64,000 nt of DNA from Octopus sinensis (Eukaryota). Shown here piece after piece: positions 1 through 14,320 of the stretch (its first letter is position 1; every line of letters starts with the position of its first letter). A program made the translations under genes and the position numbers. Location of the stretch: the NCBI RefSeq assembly GCF_006345805.1, contig NC_043002.1, forward strand, positions 19,716,001 to 19,780,000. Direction: 5' to 3'. The notes under the pieces were generated by a model that saw only the letters and a program-made list of their open reading frames with translations, did no database searches and was not told the DNA's origin.

Positions 1-717
1 TGGTAAGAAGTCAGGGCCATAGAGAATGAATGGGTGGTCAAGCCTAGCATGCGCATAAGGGGCTTCTGTCAGATCTCCAGAAAGCTCTAATTCTATGCAC
101 ATACGTGGATGAATGTTCCAAAATGGCGTCTAGAACCAGGCATCACTACAAATACCTAGAAGGTGGCTTTGAACACTAAGGTAGTGGCAGAAGATTTGAG
201 AGGCTACAGCAAAACACCATGTGGGAGTAAAATACGTGGGAAATTGAAGTTGAACACTACAGGAAGAGGAGAGATTTTGGGAAGCAATACAGAAGAATAT
301 GGTGGAGGAGAATACATGTAAAGCCACAGCAGAATGTAACAAAACGTGGGTAAAAGACTTGGGAAGCCACAACTGAAAACTAAGGAAGGCAGACCTAGAA
401 GGGCAAAGTGAGGGTAGAAGATCTGGGATTGTACAGCAGAATTTATAAGGGTGGGGAACACCTAGAACCACGTGATTGGTAATCAGGCTTCTTACCACAC
501 AGCCACTCCTGCACCTATGTATTTCCAGTTTGCAAATTTGCTCACACACCATTGTTGAGCCCAAGGCTATAGTAGAAGACTATAGACACAGTAAAAGAAC
601 ACACAGACACATTAAAAGGTATGAGCTTTAATGTAGGTCTATACAGCCCAGAGTGCTGCACTGTGTGACAAAATCTGAAACTTCACAAAATATATGTTTA
701 CATGTTGGTGGCAATTA

Positions 718-1238
718 GGGCCTCACAGAGGAAATGACGAAGACCGAGACCTCTGAGATATGCTGTGAGTCCATGGCCCAAAGGACGGCCTGCTTTGCTA
801 ACCTTGGATCATGGAGTGACCCGCTGTTCTTGAGGAAACCTATTGAGTCAACTACGTTAACACCAACATCAAAATGAAAATCAAATGGAAATTTTAGTTA
901 AGATACCCATGCCAGTGACATGTAAAAGGCACTGTCCAAATGTGGCAGATGCCAGCGCCGACAGACTGGCGTCCATGTTGGTGACACGTAAAAGCACCAA
1001 CTGATTGTGGCCATTTGCCAGCCTTCTCTGGCCCCTGTGCTGGTGGCACGTAAAAGCACCCACTACACTCTCGGAGTGGTTGGCATTAGGAAGGGGCATC
1101 CAGCTGTAGAAACACTGCTAGATCAGACTGGAGCCTGGTGCAGTCTCCTGGCTTCCCAGACCCCGGTAGAACCATCCAACCCATGCTAGCATGGAAAACG
1201 GACGTTAAACGATGATGATGATGATGATGATGATGATG
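718..1238 (+). mobile_element. RTE-type LINE, 5'-truncated: end of ORF plus long 3' UTR and (GAT)n tail
   Basis: Starts ggcctcacagaggaaatgacg (GLTEEMT.., frameshifted DRDLWRYAV). Shares the ggttggcattaggaagggcatccagctgtagaaac ... catgctagcatggaaaacggacgttaaac(gat)n end with many other copies in the window. Confidence 0.7.
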
Positions 1239-1534
1239 AAAATGTAGAATCTTTGAGAAAATGTAAAATAAATTGTTTTAACAGTGAATTGCAAAGTGAA
1301 TTGCATATAATTATTAGGTTAAAAAAAAAACCTTGGATGGGAAAAAAAAGTTGAAAGACTACCTGTGGGACACGAACCTGCATCTCCTTCACCTTTTAAT
1401 GTTTATTGTATTCAAATTCTCTGTCGTCTTCCTCTTCACCTACCCTACTACATCTCCACACCACTCCCCATTTGCATAATATTCCCTTGGCAGCCATCTG
1501 TTACACAGGATTAACTAGAGAAATCACAGCTTAC

Positions 1535-1595
1535 ATTGTCTGCTAATCCCCACTTGGAGACCATCGTTTTATTTGCTGATTGAACAGACATTTTT
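1535..1595 (-). CDS. Candidate 61-nt exon of an unidentified gene ([20 protein letters not shown])
   Basis: Long pyrimidine tract + ttcaag acceptor and AAT|GTAAGC donor; one open frame containing aaaATG. No homology recognised. Confidence 0.3.
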
Positions 1596-1707
1596 CTTGA
1601 AATAAGATTAAAAGACAAAGGAGAAAAGAAAAATGCAAATTTTCTTCAAATTCCATAGATTTTTGTTTTTTTTTGTCTTGCAATTCTACTTCTTGGTTGC
1701 TATTTCC

Positions 1708-2210
<503 letters not shown>

Positions 2211-3150
2211 CAAGAAATCACATAGGTGCAAAACAAGGTGAAAAAAATAGTACTCGTGTAACAAAGGTAGACAATAATGTTATTTTATTAAAGCTGAAAA
2301 CAGTTCACAATCTGTTACTCAGAGTGTTGTGTGATCATTTGTCAGACAATTGTGATAATAAAGAATAATGAAATTTTATAAATTGTGAGTATATATATAT
2401 ATTGTAGATGCCATTTCAACAATAAGCATTTAAGTCTGATTGGGTAAAAAAGTAACAGTGAAATTAATATAAACAATGATTGAATTGAAAAATTTTGTGT
2501 AAAAATTAGTAAAAAAATATACAGAATATGATAGTCTTTGCCAGGAAATAGAAATTGTAAATGATTAAAAGGAATATAATAGAAGTAAATCAAAAATTGA
2601 AGGGAGGGATAAATTGAAATTAAAATTAAAGATTAAAAGCTATAGCAGAGATTAGAATAAGTAAACGAATAACAATAAACAAGTAATAAAGAAAAAGGAA
2701 AGAAACAAAGAGAATAACAGGGAGAAGGAAAAGAAAGGAAAGTAGAGAAGTAAAGGAATAGAACAACTATAAAAGTGATAGGATAGAGTAAAGAGTGATG
2801 AGACAACTTAATACTATGTATATATAAAATATGTTGCTGTGTATTGAAAGAAGATTTTGGTGGAATGGTAGTGGTTGGGGTGTCAAAGGTTGAAGGCTTC
2901 AACATGATAGAGACAAACCTGAGGGTGAGAAAGGAGAAAGAGTATAAGCAACAAAAAATTGAAAAGGATGAAAAAAAAGAGCAACAAAACAAGAACACAC
3001 AGACACAGTAAAAGGTATGAGCTTAAATGTAGGTCTATACAGAGATGACAGCCTTATAGTCACTCTTAACATGAATGGGCATGAACTCAATGGCCTCAGG
3101 TAAAATTTTGTATTCTTCCATCAAAAATTAGAGTTGATAGAAATCATAGT

Positions 3151-3520
3151 GGTATTAACTTTTTAGATATCAATTTAGACTTGGGATTGAACATTTTTAA
3201 GCATTATTGCAAGCTTAATGAAAGGCTATTCTACATCAACAAAGGGCCAAATCACTCACCCTCTATTCTTAGGAATATAGGCAAGCTTATTTCCTCATTG
3301 CTATTTGACAAGGAAGCCTTTAACAATGCCTGTATTATAATGATGCACTGCACAATAGTGGATTCCCAGAGAAGATCCTCTATATCAACAGATCCTCTAT
3401 ATCAATATATCACTTTTGATCCTCTATATCAATAGTGGGAGCAACCCCACAAGGACTTGTAGAACTAGAAGTAGAAAGATTTTGTGGTATAACCCAACAT
3501 TCAGTATTGGCGTCAGAACT
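3151..3520 (+). mobile_element. Penelope-like element fragment (RT C-terminal/linker region), degenerate
   Basis: GINFLDINLDLGLNIFKHYCKLNERLFYINKGPNHSPSILRNI and RTRSRKILWYNPTFSIGVRTN resemble the PLE motifs NFLDVTL..YINKxSNHPPSI..RKIIWFNPPYS.NV.TN. Confidence 0.8.
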
Positions 3521-3947
3521 AATGAAGACAGATCAAAAACAACCAACAATGATGATACTCTCACTCTCTCTCTCTTTCCCTCTCTCTTTCACACACAAAC
3601 ACACATTTTTGAAAGGGCTGATGTTTAATTTTGAATATGTGATATTATTCAGAAGAAAGCTGAATTTTATTCTGGATAGAACAGAATGAACCTGAGGCTA
3701 ATATTCCCAGGGAATTTGGTACTTAATCCTGGTAGCTAAGTGTTTTACATTTCATATTTGGAACTCACCAAATACAGAAAAACAAACTCATGCAATGGAT
3801 TTGAACTCAAAGCTAATGTGTTGGTTGTTTATTTCTTTATCCATTCTGTCAAACTTGAGAATACATTATTGTATATTTGGCACAGAAATATGAAAGATTA
3901 AGGAAAGAAATAACATTTGTTGATAGTATAGATAGATAGAGATATAA

Positions 3948-4110
3948 CAGAAAATTCTGGGAAGAGGGTATTTTCAAGTTAGAGGAAAGATGGAGACGCA
4001 TTGTGCAACAAAAGGGTTCATATTTGGTTGATTACAAATGTAATGGCAAGTATTTATTGACCTTTTTCTTTCCTTTAAAAATCGACATGAACTTTCTGGA
4101 CAATCCGATA
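3948..4110 (+). mobile_element. Mariner 3' fragment with right TIR
   Basis: KFWEEGIFKLEERWRRIVQQKGSY is a mariner transposase C-terminus; followed by TIR-like aaaaatcgacatgaactttctggacaatccgata. Confidence 0.75.
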
Positions 4111-4335
4111 TTTACTGAGTAAATGAGTACAATTAGATGAATAAAGGATACAAAGGTAAATTAGATGTAACATATCAGAAAAATTCCACAGATTGGGAAT
4201 CAAATGTCTGAACATTATTTAGCTACTAACAGAAAACCACCAGGAGTGTGCTAGTACATTGAATGGTATTGTAGCTGGATGGTCACGGTTGGAACACATT
4301 TGTATTAATACATAATTTAGTGAGTTACTCTTTAC

Positions 4336-4710
4336 ACTCTTTTACTTGTTTCTGTTATTTAACTGCGGCCATGCTGGAGTACTGCCTTTAGTCGAGCAGA
4401 TCAACCCCAGGACTTATTCTTTGTAAGCCTAGTACTTGCTCTATCGGTCTCTTTTGCCGAATCGTTAAGTTATGGGAACGTAAATACACCACCATCGGTT
4501 GTCAAGTGATGTTGGGAGGACAAACACAGACACACAAACATATACACACATATACATATATACAATGGGCTTCTTTCAGTTTCCATCTACTAAGTCCACT
4601 CACAAAGCTTTGGTTGGCCCGAGGCTATAATAGAAGACACTTGCCCAAGGTGCCACACAGTGGGACTGAACCCGGAACCATGTGGTTCGTAAGCAAGCTA
4701 CTTATCACAC
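4336..4710 (-). mobile_element. tRNA-headed SINE family A (CORE-like centre, internal microsatellite)
   Basis: Reverse complement of the consensus seen at 18197, 29474, 36981 and 61303: head with ggttccgggttcagtccc B-box-like motif and tail ...ccagcatggccgcagtcaaatgactgaaacaagtaaaagag. Confidence 0.9.
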
Positions 4711-5227
4711 TTTCAGAGGTTAATATCCTTGAAGCAAAAACAAGAGCATGCAGTAGCAGATTATAATCAGAAGCTAAATATATTTTGTTCTGTCGCTATT
4801 ACGGTTTTGTTATTAAATTTTACTTCAGAATTATTTAAATTTGTGAATAAAACAAGATATGACTTTGATTGATATGCCACTTAATATGGGCATCCTTTAA
4901 GAAATAAAATGAAAATTTAGTGTATTACCATTATATGATAAAATATGACATAATTTAAACTTTTCATTTGAAAATCTGCCCCAACAATTCTGTTTGATTG
5001 ATGCAAGCATGGAAAAGTTGGTGTTAAAACAACAACATTGATTATAATGATATTGATGATAATATATCATCATTAGACTTTTCATCATTTAAAGTCTGCC
5101 TTCCATGCTGGCCATGGGTTGGATGGTTTACCAGGAGCCACTGAGCGAGAGGACAGTGCCAAGCTCTACTGTTAGCTTCAGTATGGCTTCTATAGCTGGA
5201 TGCCATTCCTGATGTAAAGCACTTTAA

Positions 5228-5438
5228 CCCTTTCATTACCAACCCAGCTGAAACCAACTCTGGCTCTGAGTACAAATGTCTTGTTTTCATAAGTGTTGAA
5301 TTCAAATCTTCCACCAAACCTTAGTCACAATTTATGTTCCTAACACTAGCTGAATGTTATTTTACTAAATTCTTTGTTATATTTAAAGAAATTGAAAGAA
5401 ACGCAGAGCATCTCGAAATAAATACAGTAACGAAAGGG
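5228..5438. mobile_element. piggyBac-type MITE, TTAA-flanked
   Basis: TTAA|CCCTTTCATTAC ... GTAACGAAAGGG|TTAA; same family as 22298-22517. Confidence 0.85.
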
Positions 5439-5642
5439 TTAACAGAGTGTACTGGATGCTTTTTATTACAAGTGAGGTCACCAACTAATTTACATATATA
5501 CACAGAATCACACATTTATTACCATTGTTCTGTGATGTACTACACATTGGTCTACTCCTGGATGGTCCTGTATGTTATCAATTTTCCTATCTCTAAAGAT
5601 AGCAACATTGTGAGTGGTCTGGTCTCCCATGATATTTCTGAT

Positions 5643-5677
<35 letters not shown>

Positions 5678-5929
5678 GGTGGCGGAGATGAAAAAAAATG
5701 TGGGAAGTAAGAGAGGGAAGAATAAAGTCCAGAAGGATGAAAGGCAGATTTGATCTCAGCAGAATTTGAACTCATAGCACAAAGACCTGGAACAAATATT
5801 AATTTCAAATTTTGGCACAAGGCCAGCAATCCTGGTGGAGGGGGCTAAGTTAATTAGTGTTCTGCTGGTACTCATTCTATTGACCCTGAAAGGATGAAAG
5901 ACAAAGTCAACCCTGGCAGATCAGTGTAT

Positions 5930-6983
5930 GATCTCAATGGAAGGCCCCTCTTCTGAAATTCACTTGTCCATGATGAAAAATACTCCTCCAGTACTATTCT
6001 CACCTTGTCTACAGAATTCATATATTTTCTGTCTAAATGATTTTGGAGACTGTGGAATAAATGATAATCAGATGGGGCAATGTCCAGCGAATATGGTGGG
6101 TGGGGTATCATTTTCCATTCCAACTGCTTCAGGCTTTGGAATGTCATCATTGCCATATGTGGCTGAACACCATTCGTCTTGAAGCCAAAGATGGTTGTTT
6201 TTTTCTTAAGCCACTCAAACTTTGCTGTCATTTGGTTGGGTTTAAAAGTTCAAAGTGAATTAAACCTTTCATATCCCACCAAACAACACCTTAGGTGGGT
6301 TGCCAGTGTTTCTCCTTTCCCTACCCACTGTTTTCAGCACTTGACATTTTTATGGAGAACCTATTTCTCATCACCAGTTACTATTCGGTCCAAAAAGGGT
6401 TCATTTGCGAAACACAACAGCAAAGAAGAGCATACATTCACTCTCTGCGCACGAATAGACTCAGAAAGTTTGTGAGGAATGCATTGACCCAATTTGCTGA
6501 CTTTTCCAATGGCATGCAGGTGTTGATGAATTGTTGAATGACCAAATCCAAGCTTCTCTGCTAGTTCCTCAACAGTTACAATGGGATTTTGTTCCCCCAG
6601 GGTTTGCAAGACACCTTCGTCAAGCTCTACAGATCTTCCAGGACAAGGTTTGTCTTCTTGGTTGTAGTTTCTGGCTTGGAATTTCTGGAATCCCTGTTGA
6701 CACTGGCTTACACTTATTGTCCAATCCCCATATACTGCATTAATATTCCTTGTAGTTTCCATTGTGTGGCTGCCAAATATGATCCTTTGTCACTTCCATT
6801 ATAGCTTTGAAAAAATAACTGTTAAAACTGAACTGCACTCTTCAAAACTTGCACCAAGAATAAGGACAAAGTAAAATTACTACCTGCTTTTATATCAAGT
6901 TGATGCAGGTAATTTATCCCATCCTCCTCACACTTTTAGTTCATGCAATTAAAAAAACCCACATTATTTATGGGATGACCCAA
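5930..6983 (-). mobile_element. Mariner (D,D34D-type) transposon, degenerate, one end truncated
   Basis: Frameshifted transposase: HTH region, RIVTGDEK, HPPYSLDIAPSDYHLF; TIR ...ttatttatgggatgacccaa followed by TA. Confidence 0.93.
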
Positions 6984-7600
6984 TATATATATCTTTTTAA
7001 CTTTAACTTTTTCCAGTCATAGGACTACAACCATGCAGGGACACTGCCTTAAAGGGTTTGGCCACTATACTGGACTTCCATACACTTTCCATCTACCCAG
7101 TTCCCTGACAAGGCATTGATTGGGCTGGAACTATAGTAGAAGACACTTGTCCAAAGTGCCATAGAGTGGGACTGAACTTGAAACAGCATAGCTACAAAGA
7201 GAGTTTCTTAACCACACAGCCATATATATGCCTATAGACATATATATTCTTTACATACATAATCTCTCTATATTTCGTTATCTTTATTTTTTCCTTATAC
7301 TTCTTCAATATCTGTCTGTCTGTCCATTGGTCCACCGCTGTACATATAAGTGTATGTAATTCTAGTTAGCTATGTCATTCTTCTTCCCTCTCGCTTTCTC
7401 TCTCATGTCTTGTATTTCTGTCAACCTACCTACCAATCCATCATTGAACATTTGATCAATTGATAAATAAATTGATACATAAACTTTACGCGTGTGTGTA
7501 TAGGAATCCGCTAAATCTCTGAGGTTTGTTGATCTTAACAAATAATCTCCAAACAAAACACCATTTTAAATTGCAATCATATGTTTCAATGAAATTTTAC

Positions 7601-7643
7601 TTGTAAGGAGGAAGAAACTAGAGAGGAGAGCAAACAAGTTCAT
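7601..7643 (-). CDS. Candidate first coding exon, signal-peptide-like MNLFALLSSFFLLT (phase-1 donor)
   Basis: ggagATG ... ACAA|GTAAAA in CpG-retaining non-repeat sequence; it could equally be a uORF or chance. Confidence 0.2.
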
Positions 7644-8324
7644 CTCCAAGGAACTGTCTGTAGAATTGTTGTATCGCAAGCATAACGATGAGAAGACGCA
7701 AGGGAGGAGATTTGCGTATCAGCAAATACAAAGTGATATTTATCCTGACATTTAGCATTTTATTGACTTTATTTTTTTTTACTTTCTATATATATATATA
7801 TATATATACACATATATACATATAGAGATATAGATCTATAAAGATATATATATATAAAACCGTATGTGTGTGTGTGTGCATATACATATAACTAAATATA
7901 TATTTATGCACACACATCTTAAAAGATGAGTTAATTTCTTTATCAGTTTCTATGGTTGGGTTGTCACTGAACCATGACCTCTCCATTGAGAAGTAATGTT
8001 CTTGAAACATATAAAACATATAGACATCAAAATAGTGTTACTTCTCACCCTGTCTCTAATCATTCTTTCTTACTCTCTCATATACACATATGTTTCTCTC
8101 TCTCCCTCTCTCTCTCCTTCTCCTGCTTTCTCTGTTTCTTCTTTAGCACTTTTATCTTTCTATCAGTCCACTCTTCTTCTATGCGTTTTTACTACCACAG
8201 AGAAACCTGTGAATTTGAGGGGTTTTTGTGTGTTTTCGAGAGTTAGTTGTAAGTTCTAGGAAAAACATGCAGTATATATATATATATATATATACACATA
8301 CACACACACACATATATCCATCCG

Positions 8325-8608
8325 AACATGGCCGATGCCAGTGCCACCTTGACTGGCTCTGTGCTGGTGGCGTGTAAAAGCACCAACCAATCGTGGCCAC
8401 TGCCGGCCTCCCCTGGCATCTGTGCCAGTGGCACATAAAAAGCACCAGCTACACTCATGGAGTGGTTGGCGTTAGGAAGGGCATCCAACTGTAGAAACAC
8501 TGCCAGATCAAACTGGAGCCTGGTGCAGCCTCCTGGCTTCCTAGACCCTGGTTGAACTGTCCAACCTGTGCTAGCACAGCAAAACAGACATTAAACAATG
8601 ATGATGAT
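8325..8608 (+). mobile_element. RTE-type LINE 3' UTR fragment
   Basis: Same 3' end and (GAT)n tail as 718-1238. Confidence 0.8.
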
Positions 8609-8644
8609 ATATATATATATACACACACATATACATATATATAT

Positions 8645-9106
8645 TCTTTTATTTGTTTCAGTCATTTGACTGTGACCATGCTGGAGCACTACCTTTAGTC
8701 AAACAAATCGACCCCAGGACTTATTCTTTGTAAGCCTAGTCTTTATTCTATTAGCTCTTTTGCCGAACCACTGAGTTACAGGGACATAAACACACCAACA
8801 TTGGTTGTCAAAGTGATGGAGAGACACAAATACAGACACACACACACAAATATATATATATATAATTCTATTGACAAAAGCACTAATAATAATGAATAAA
8901 AAGATTTTTTTCAAAAATTCTGGCAACCCTTTTTTCTCAATATTCAATATCTGTAAACCATACCTAACACTCTATACATACTTATATATATGACGGGCTT
9001 CTTTCAGCCTGAGACTATAGCAGAAAACACTTGCCCAAGATGCCACGCATGGGACTGAACCCAGAACAATGTGGTTGGGAAGCAAGCTTCTTACCACACA
9101 GTCACT
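8645..9106 (-). mobile_element. SINE family A, interrupted at its central microsatellite
   Basis: Tail 8645-8850 and head ~8990-9106, separated by ~120 bp of unrelated AT-rich DNA. Confidence 0.8.
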
Positions 9107-10220
9107 TATATGTGGAACTAAGGTTCCAGAAGATTGGTTGAAGTTTTAACAAGATTTTATTTATGCAAACAAATAATTAATGTTATCTCCTCTGTTTTCA
9201 TTTTTATAGATTCTTTAATTTCATGATCTTATTTTAGGCCAAAGGCACAATACTCTTCTTCAGAAGATAGAGCAAGAGTCCACCCTTAGGGTGGCTTTTG
9301 GGGTAGTAGATGTGTGTGTGTATTGTTTGTTTCCATTTTTCTGTGAAAATACGTCCAGGCATGGGTGAAATATTATCATGCCTGGAAACATTTGAAGGTT
9401 GGTGACATGAAGGACATCCAGCTGTAGAAAACCTGCCTCAATAAATTCTGTCCAAGCATGGAAGGGCAGATGCTAAAATGATGATGATGATGATGAGGAA
9501 GAGGAGGAGGAGGAGGAAGAAGTAGAGGTAAAAGAGTAAGGGGATTTTATTTGACTACTCTGTAAGGATTCTGTCAATCAACTACTTATGGGTGTGTGTG
9601 TGTGTGCGAGTGTGTGTATGTGTGTGTGTGTGTGTGAGTATGTATGCATATAGATGTGTGGCTAATTGTCTGGGTTGTTTTATCTGTTGGTTTGTGTCAT
9701 GCTGTCAAGCCATAAGTGGTGTGTTTTGCACTGATCTGTCTCCATCAAATTAATATGTATGTAGATGTGTGTGTGGATGAGTGTGTGTGTGTGTGTGTGT
9801 ATGTGGATGAGTGTGTGTATGTGGATGAGTGTGTGTGTGGTGTGTGACCGTGTGTGTGTATATGTGTGAATAATTTTGTTATAGTTTACATAAATGTCTT
9901 AAAAACAAAGCAGACAAATATAGGTTATATGAATATATCAAGTCAGCTTTAGATTAATTAATCACAAAGGAAGGGGGATACTTGTAGCTGTTGTTGATTA
10001 GCTTCAAAACTGTTAATTAGCCTCAAAATATTTTGATTGGCTTTCACACCTGATAATTACATTGGGCATCTGCATATCCTTATTCTTCTAGGGAATTAAT
10101 CTATAAACATGAAAAAAAAAAACCCCAGCTACACATTAATTAAGAACTCAATTAATAAAGGATCATTGAAATCCAACATGTTATCACATTGCAGTGAAAC
10201 CAAGTGGGACTAATTTGCAT

Positions 10221-10555
10221 CATCATCATCATCATCATCATCATCATGGACGGTTCAACCGGGGTCTGGGAAGCCAGGAGGCTGCACCAGGCTCCAGTCT
10301 GATCTGGCAGTGTTTCTACAGCTGGATGCCCTTCCTAATGTCAACTACTCTGTGAGTGTAGTTGGTGCTTTTCACGTGCCAGGCGAGGCTGGCAATGGTC
10401 ACGATTGGTTGGTGCTTTTTACGTGCCACCAGCACGGAGGCCAGTCGAGGCGGTGCTGGCAACAGCCACATTCGGATGGATCTTTTTACATGCCACTGGC
10501 ACTGGTATCACAACTACAATTTCCATTGATTTTTTGATCGATTTTGATGCATGTA
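10221..10555 (-). mobile_element. RTE-type LINE 3' UTR fragment
   Basis: (CAT)n followed by the reverse complement of the family 3' end. Confidence 0.8.
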
Positions 10556-10679
10556 TAACAATAATGAACTTATTGTATCCAGAGCTCAGGCACACTACAA
10601 CTCATCAGAAAAAGAAGCTAAACATACAGGAAAAGTAAGTAGAATAATGTAAAGGAAGTGAACAGTGAATGAGTTGGTA

Positions 10680-10790
10680 AAAAATTGGGGAGCAATATCA
10701 AGTGTACTGTTGGCAAATTTCAGGAAGCACAGAAGTTTTGAAGGGTGCAGTCTCCTGACAGCCAACTGCTGATGCAGGTATATCTGGCAC
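10680..10790 (-). mobile_element. CR1-group LINE, end of ORF2
   Basis: PASAVGCQETAPFKTSVLPEICQQYT matches the end of the CR1 copy at 47141 (PASVVSCRSTASFKTSMLPEIRQHYT). Confidence 0.75.
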
Positions 10791-11110
10791 TCCGTCACTT
10801 ATGATGACGAGGGTTCTAGTTGATCCGATCAATGGAACAGCTTGCTTGTGAGATTTTCGTGCAAGTGGCTGAGTACTCCACAGACATGCATACCCCTTCA
10901 CATACTTCTCAGGGAGATTCAGCATGACACAGAGTATGACAAGGCTGGCCCCTTGAAATACAGGTACTACTCATTTTTACCAGCTGAGTGGAATGGAGGA
11001 ATGTGAAATAAAGTGTCTTGCTTAAGGATTCAATGTGCTGCCAGGAATTGAACTCATGACCCTACGATCATGAGCTGAATACCCTATCCACTAAGCCGTG
11101 TACCTTCACA
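10786..11110 (-). mobile_element. tRNA-headed SINE family F
   Basis: Minus-strand head ggcttagtggatagggtattcagctcatgatcgtagggtcatgagttcaattcc (A and B boxes); same family at 28975 and 63555. Confidence 0.8.
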
Positions 11111-12514
11111 GGTATATACACATACACTCTTTGCTTTCCAGACATTTGTACATTACTGTATATACTTTATACGCACTTTTTGACAAGTTGTGGTGCACCT
11201 GAGCACTGTATACAATAATTTCATTATTATTATACTATTATACATAATCAGCTAAAACAATTTTTAAGGGCAGCATATTTAACTGAAAAGCATAAATTTC
11301 CTACAAAAAAATATGCATACTGATCAGAGTAACCATCATAATTTTACTAAATTAGGTGCATATTTTGCCATAAGGGGAAAATGTTGCCAGCGATCTATTT
11401 TATTCAAGGTAGGCACTGCCTACCTAGGCAGCACAACCCTGACTGATACATATGAAATAAAAATAATATATAAATTGATAACTAGAGGGTAATATGAGAG
11501 AAACTACTCTCAGTCAGAAAAGGTAGCCAGTTTTTGACAGCTAAAATAGATGTAGTGCGCTGTAATTGAGGGGTTACAGCAATAACAACTTCTTGTGTAA
11601 CATGTGATACTAGGCAAGGCTGTATTTAGGGTTGCTGATGCCCTAGGAAAGCTGTATTTCAATGTTCTTAACAGTATATTCTTTTCAAAATTTTCACAAG
11701 GAGGAAAAAATATCTGTAAATGTTTGGATAAAATGTTTATTACAATTATTATATACAGACATAAAGTCTTTATTTCTTTTCATTTCCCCATTTTGTTTCG
11801 AAGCACTCAAACATGACATGGTGCCCCCAAGCATGTGACTGCTGAGGTGATTGCCCGAATTGCTGGTACCTTCAACCAGACATGCTATTTAGGGAGCTGA
11901 ATTGTGACTTTATATGACATCAAATAGGATAAATAATTAGTTGTTGTTTAACCCCAGGTCAGCTCTGATCCAACAGACCTATGATGAAAGACATTCCAGC
12001 TATAGCAACTGGCCTTTTACCCCAGATATCATATATCTAGGACAGCATTATCCATATGTCCTTTGTGTTTTAAGACAATAGTGTGAAATTCAAGAGAGAT
12101 TTAGTTACTATTTCTTGCAGGTTGCATGAACATGTAAAGATGCTTTCATTTATTTATATTTAAATTGGTGGTACTCAATCCAGTTCAGAGAGAATGAAGA
12201 CAAACCCACACAAGGTAACACCACAAAAGAAAGGACATGTTCAGGTACACAGTCATCTGGTTAAATATTACCATCTGGTTCTGGATTCTTTTAGTGGAAG
12301 CCCTTCTGTTACAGGCATTTGGGTCAGGTGTCTGGTCTGAAAATAGCTTACTCTTTTCTTGAAGACCCTGTAAAGCGACATGGACACATGTCTTCCACCT
12401 CTGACTTTGCCAGTTTTATTATAAATGGTAAGCTGGTTACTGTTGGAATGTTGTTGATCATAGATCTACTGGATCATTGTTAACCTGAGGTTAAACAACA
12501 ATAAATTTATAACT

Positions 12515-12690
12515 AGGCGCAGGAGTGGCTCCGTGGTAAGTAGCTTGCTTACCAACCACATGGTTCTGGGTTCAGTCCCACTGTGTGGCACCTTGGGCAA
12601 GTGTCTTCTACTATAGCTTCGGGCCGACCAAAGCCTTGTGAGTGGATTTAGTAGACGGAAACTGAAAGAAGCCCATCGTATATATATATA
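12515..12690 (+). mobile_element. SINE family A head (5' half), split by a Helitron
   Basis: aggcgcaggagtggc ... gaagcccatcg(ta)n; the matching 3' half resumes at 14388. Confidence 0.9.
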
Positions 12691-13104
12691 TCTCTATATG
12701 CAAAACTGAAATGCGTTTTTACCGCTTGGATCGCTTTCAATGCTACTACATCCCGTCCGATTCGCTCCAAAATTTACAGGGACATGTAGAATGAGGTGAC
12801 GATGCTCGTGGGCTACCTTAGAAATCCCTAGCTTAAAAGGTGTGGTTGCTAGGGGCCAACTTCCTCACTCACGCTATTTCCTCCTTTCCCTCTCTTACTC
12901 CCCTTCATTAATAACTTTGAGAATGCCACTCCCGTTATTTAATGTATTCCCCTCAACTCCTTTTCACTTTCCCTTTATAAGTTCGTCAGGCGGCTTTCTT
13001 TGATGTATCTGTTTGCATTTATAGGGAGAATTATCATCGCTACCAACAACACACAATCATGAGAACAAATATTATGAATCAGATATTCTTGCGTTCATTT
13101 ATAT

Positions 13105-13330
13105 GTGTGTGTGTGTGTTCTATATATAAATATGTATATATAATGTATGTGTGTGTGTGTGTTCTATATATAAATATGTATATATAATGTATGTGTGTGT
13201 GTGTGTGTTCTATATATAAATATGTATATATAATGTATGTGTGTGTGTGTGTATGTGTTCTATATATAAATATGTATATATAATGTATGTGTGTGTGTGT
13301 GTTCTATATATAAATATGTATATATAATGT
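13105..13330. repeat. Minisatellite, ~42-48-bp unit, ~5 copies
   Basis: Repeated (gt)n-gttctatatataaatatgtatatataatgtat, inside the Helitron. Confidence 0.93.
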
Positions 13331-14009
13331 ATTTATACAAAGTGTATATATCTTTATTTATGTATATTAAACTTTTTCATAGTTATATATATTTTTAAAC
13401 AAATTATAAATATAATTTAATAATTTTTATTTTCAATTTAAATAATTTAAATTTTTCAATTTTATATTTTATATATTTTCTATATTATATATTTTTTTTA
13501 ATGTTTTTGTTTTTGGTTTTTCACTGTTTGATTTGCCTATTAGTGGTTTTATCTCTAATTTAATTTATACAGATATATATCTCATTTGTATATATAATGC
13601 ATGCACACACACACACACACATATATATATATACACATATATACACATGTCCGTCGTTAAGAAATGCCAGCCATGGTGACTCTACTATCCTCAGATTCTA
13701 TCCCTTCAAACTTTGGTTTCCAATATTTTATAATATTTATTCAGCTCGCAAGTTCGTCTGTCCCTTTTAAATGTTAGCGTTTTGCTGTCTGCCTTGAAGC
13801 AGACCTTTCCATTGCCACTGCCTCATATTTCTGATTGATCTTTCTAAATATTTTATTTCTCAACTTACTCAAGATCTTCTGTTGTTTATAAATGGGAGAG
13901 AGATAGATAAAGATAGAGAGTAAGAGAAAGCGAGGGAGAGTCCGAGAGAAAAGAAAAGTAAGAGAGTGGGAAAGTGAGAGAGAAAGGAGAGAGAAACAAA
14001 TACGAAGAA

Positions 14010-14320
14010 TCATCATCATCATCATCGTTTAACGTCCGTTTTCCGTGCTAGCACGGGTTGGACAGTGTGACCGGGGTCTGGGAAGCCAGGAGGCTGCACC
14101 AGGATCCAGTCTGATCTGGCAGTGTTTCTACAGGTGGATGACCTTCCTAATGCCAACCACTCTGTGAGTGTAGTGGGTGCTGTTTTCGTGCCGCCGGTAC
14201 AGGTGCCAGGGGGGCTCGCAGCGGCAACGATCGGTTGGTGCTTTTTACGTGCCACCGGCACAGAAGCAAGTCAAGGCAGAGCTGCAATCGGCCACGTTCG
14301 GATGGTGCTTTTTACGTGCT
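14010..14320 (-). mobile_element. RTE-type LINE 3' UTR fragment nested in the Helitron
   Basis: (CAT)n cgtttaacgtccg ... family sequence. Confidence 0.85.

Noticed and set aside
204-461. Possible LINE endonuclease relic (YMYSPPP..PVVFNFNFP) on the minus strand
   Set aside because: Resemblance is too weak to support without a search.
7688-7825. MRRRKGGDLRISKYKVIFILTFSILL.. type-II membrane-anchor-like ORF
   Set aside because: The hydrophobic part comes from a T-rich tract running into (TA)n; 45 aa with no downstream donor.
9237-9290. Plus-strand exon candidate (QRHNTLLQKIEQESTLR)
   Set aside because: Acceptor is reasonable but the donor is weak and there is no supporting neighbouring exon.
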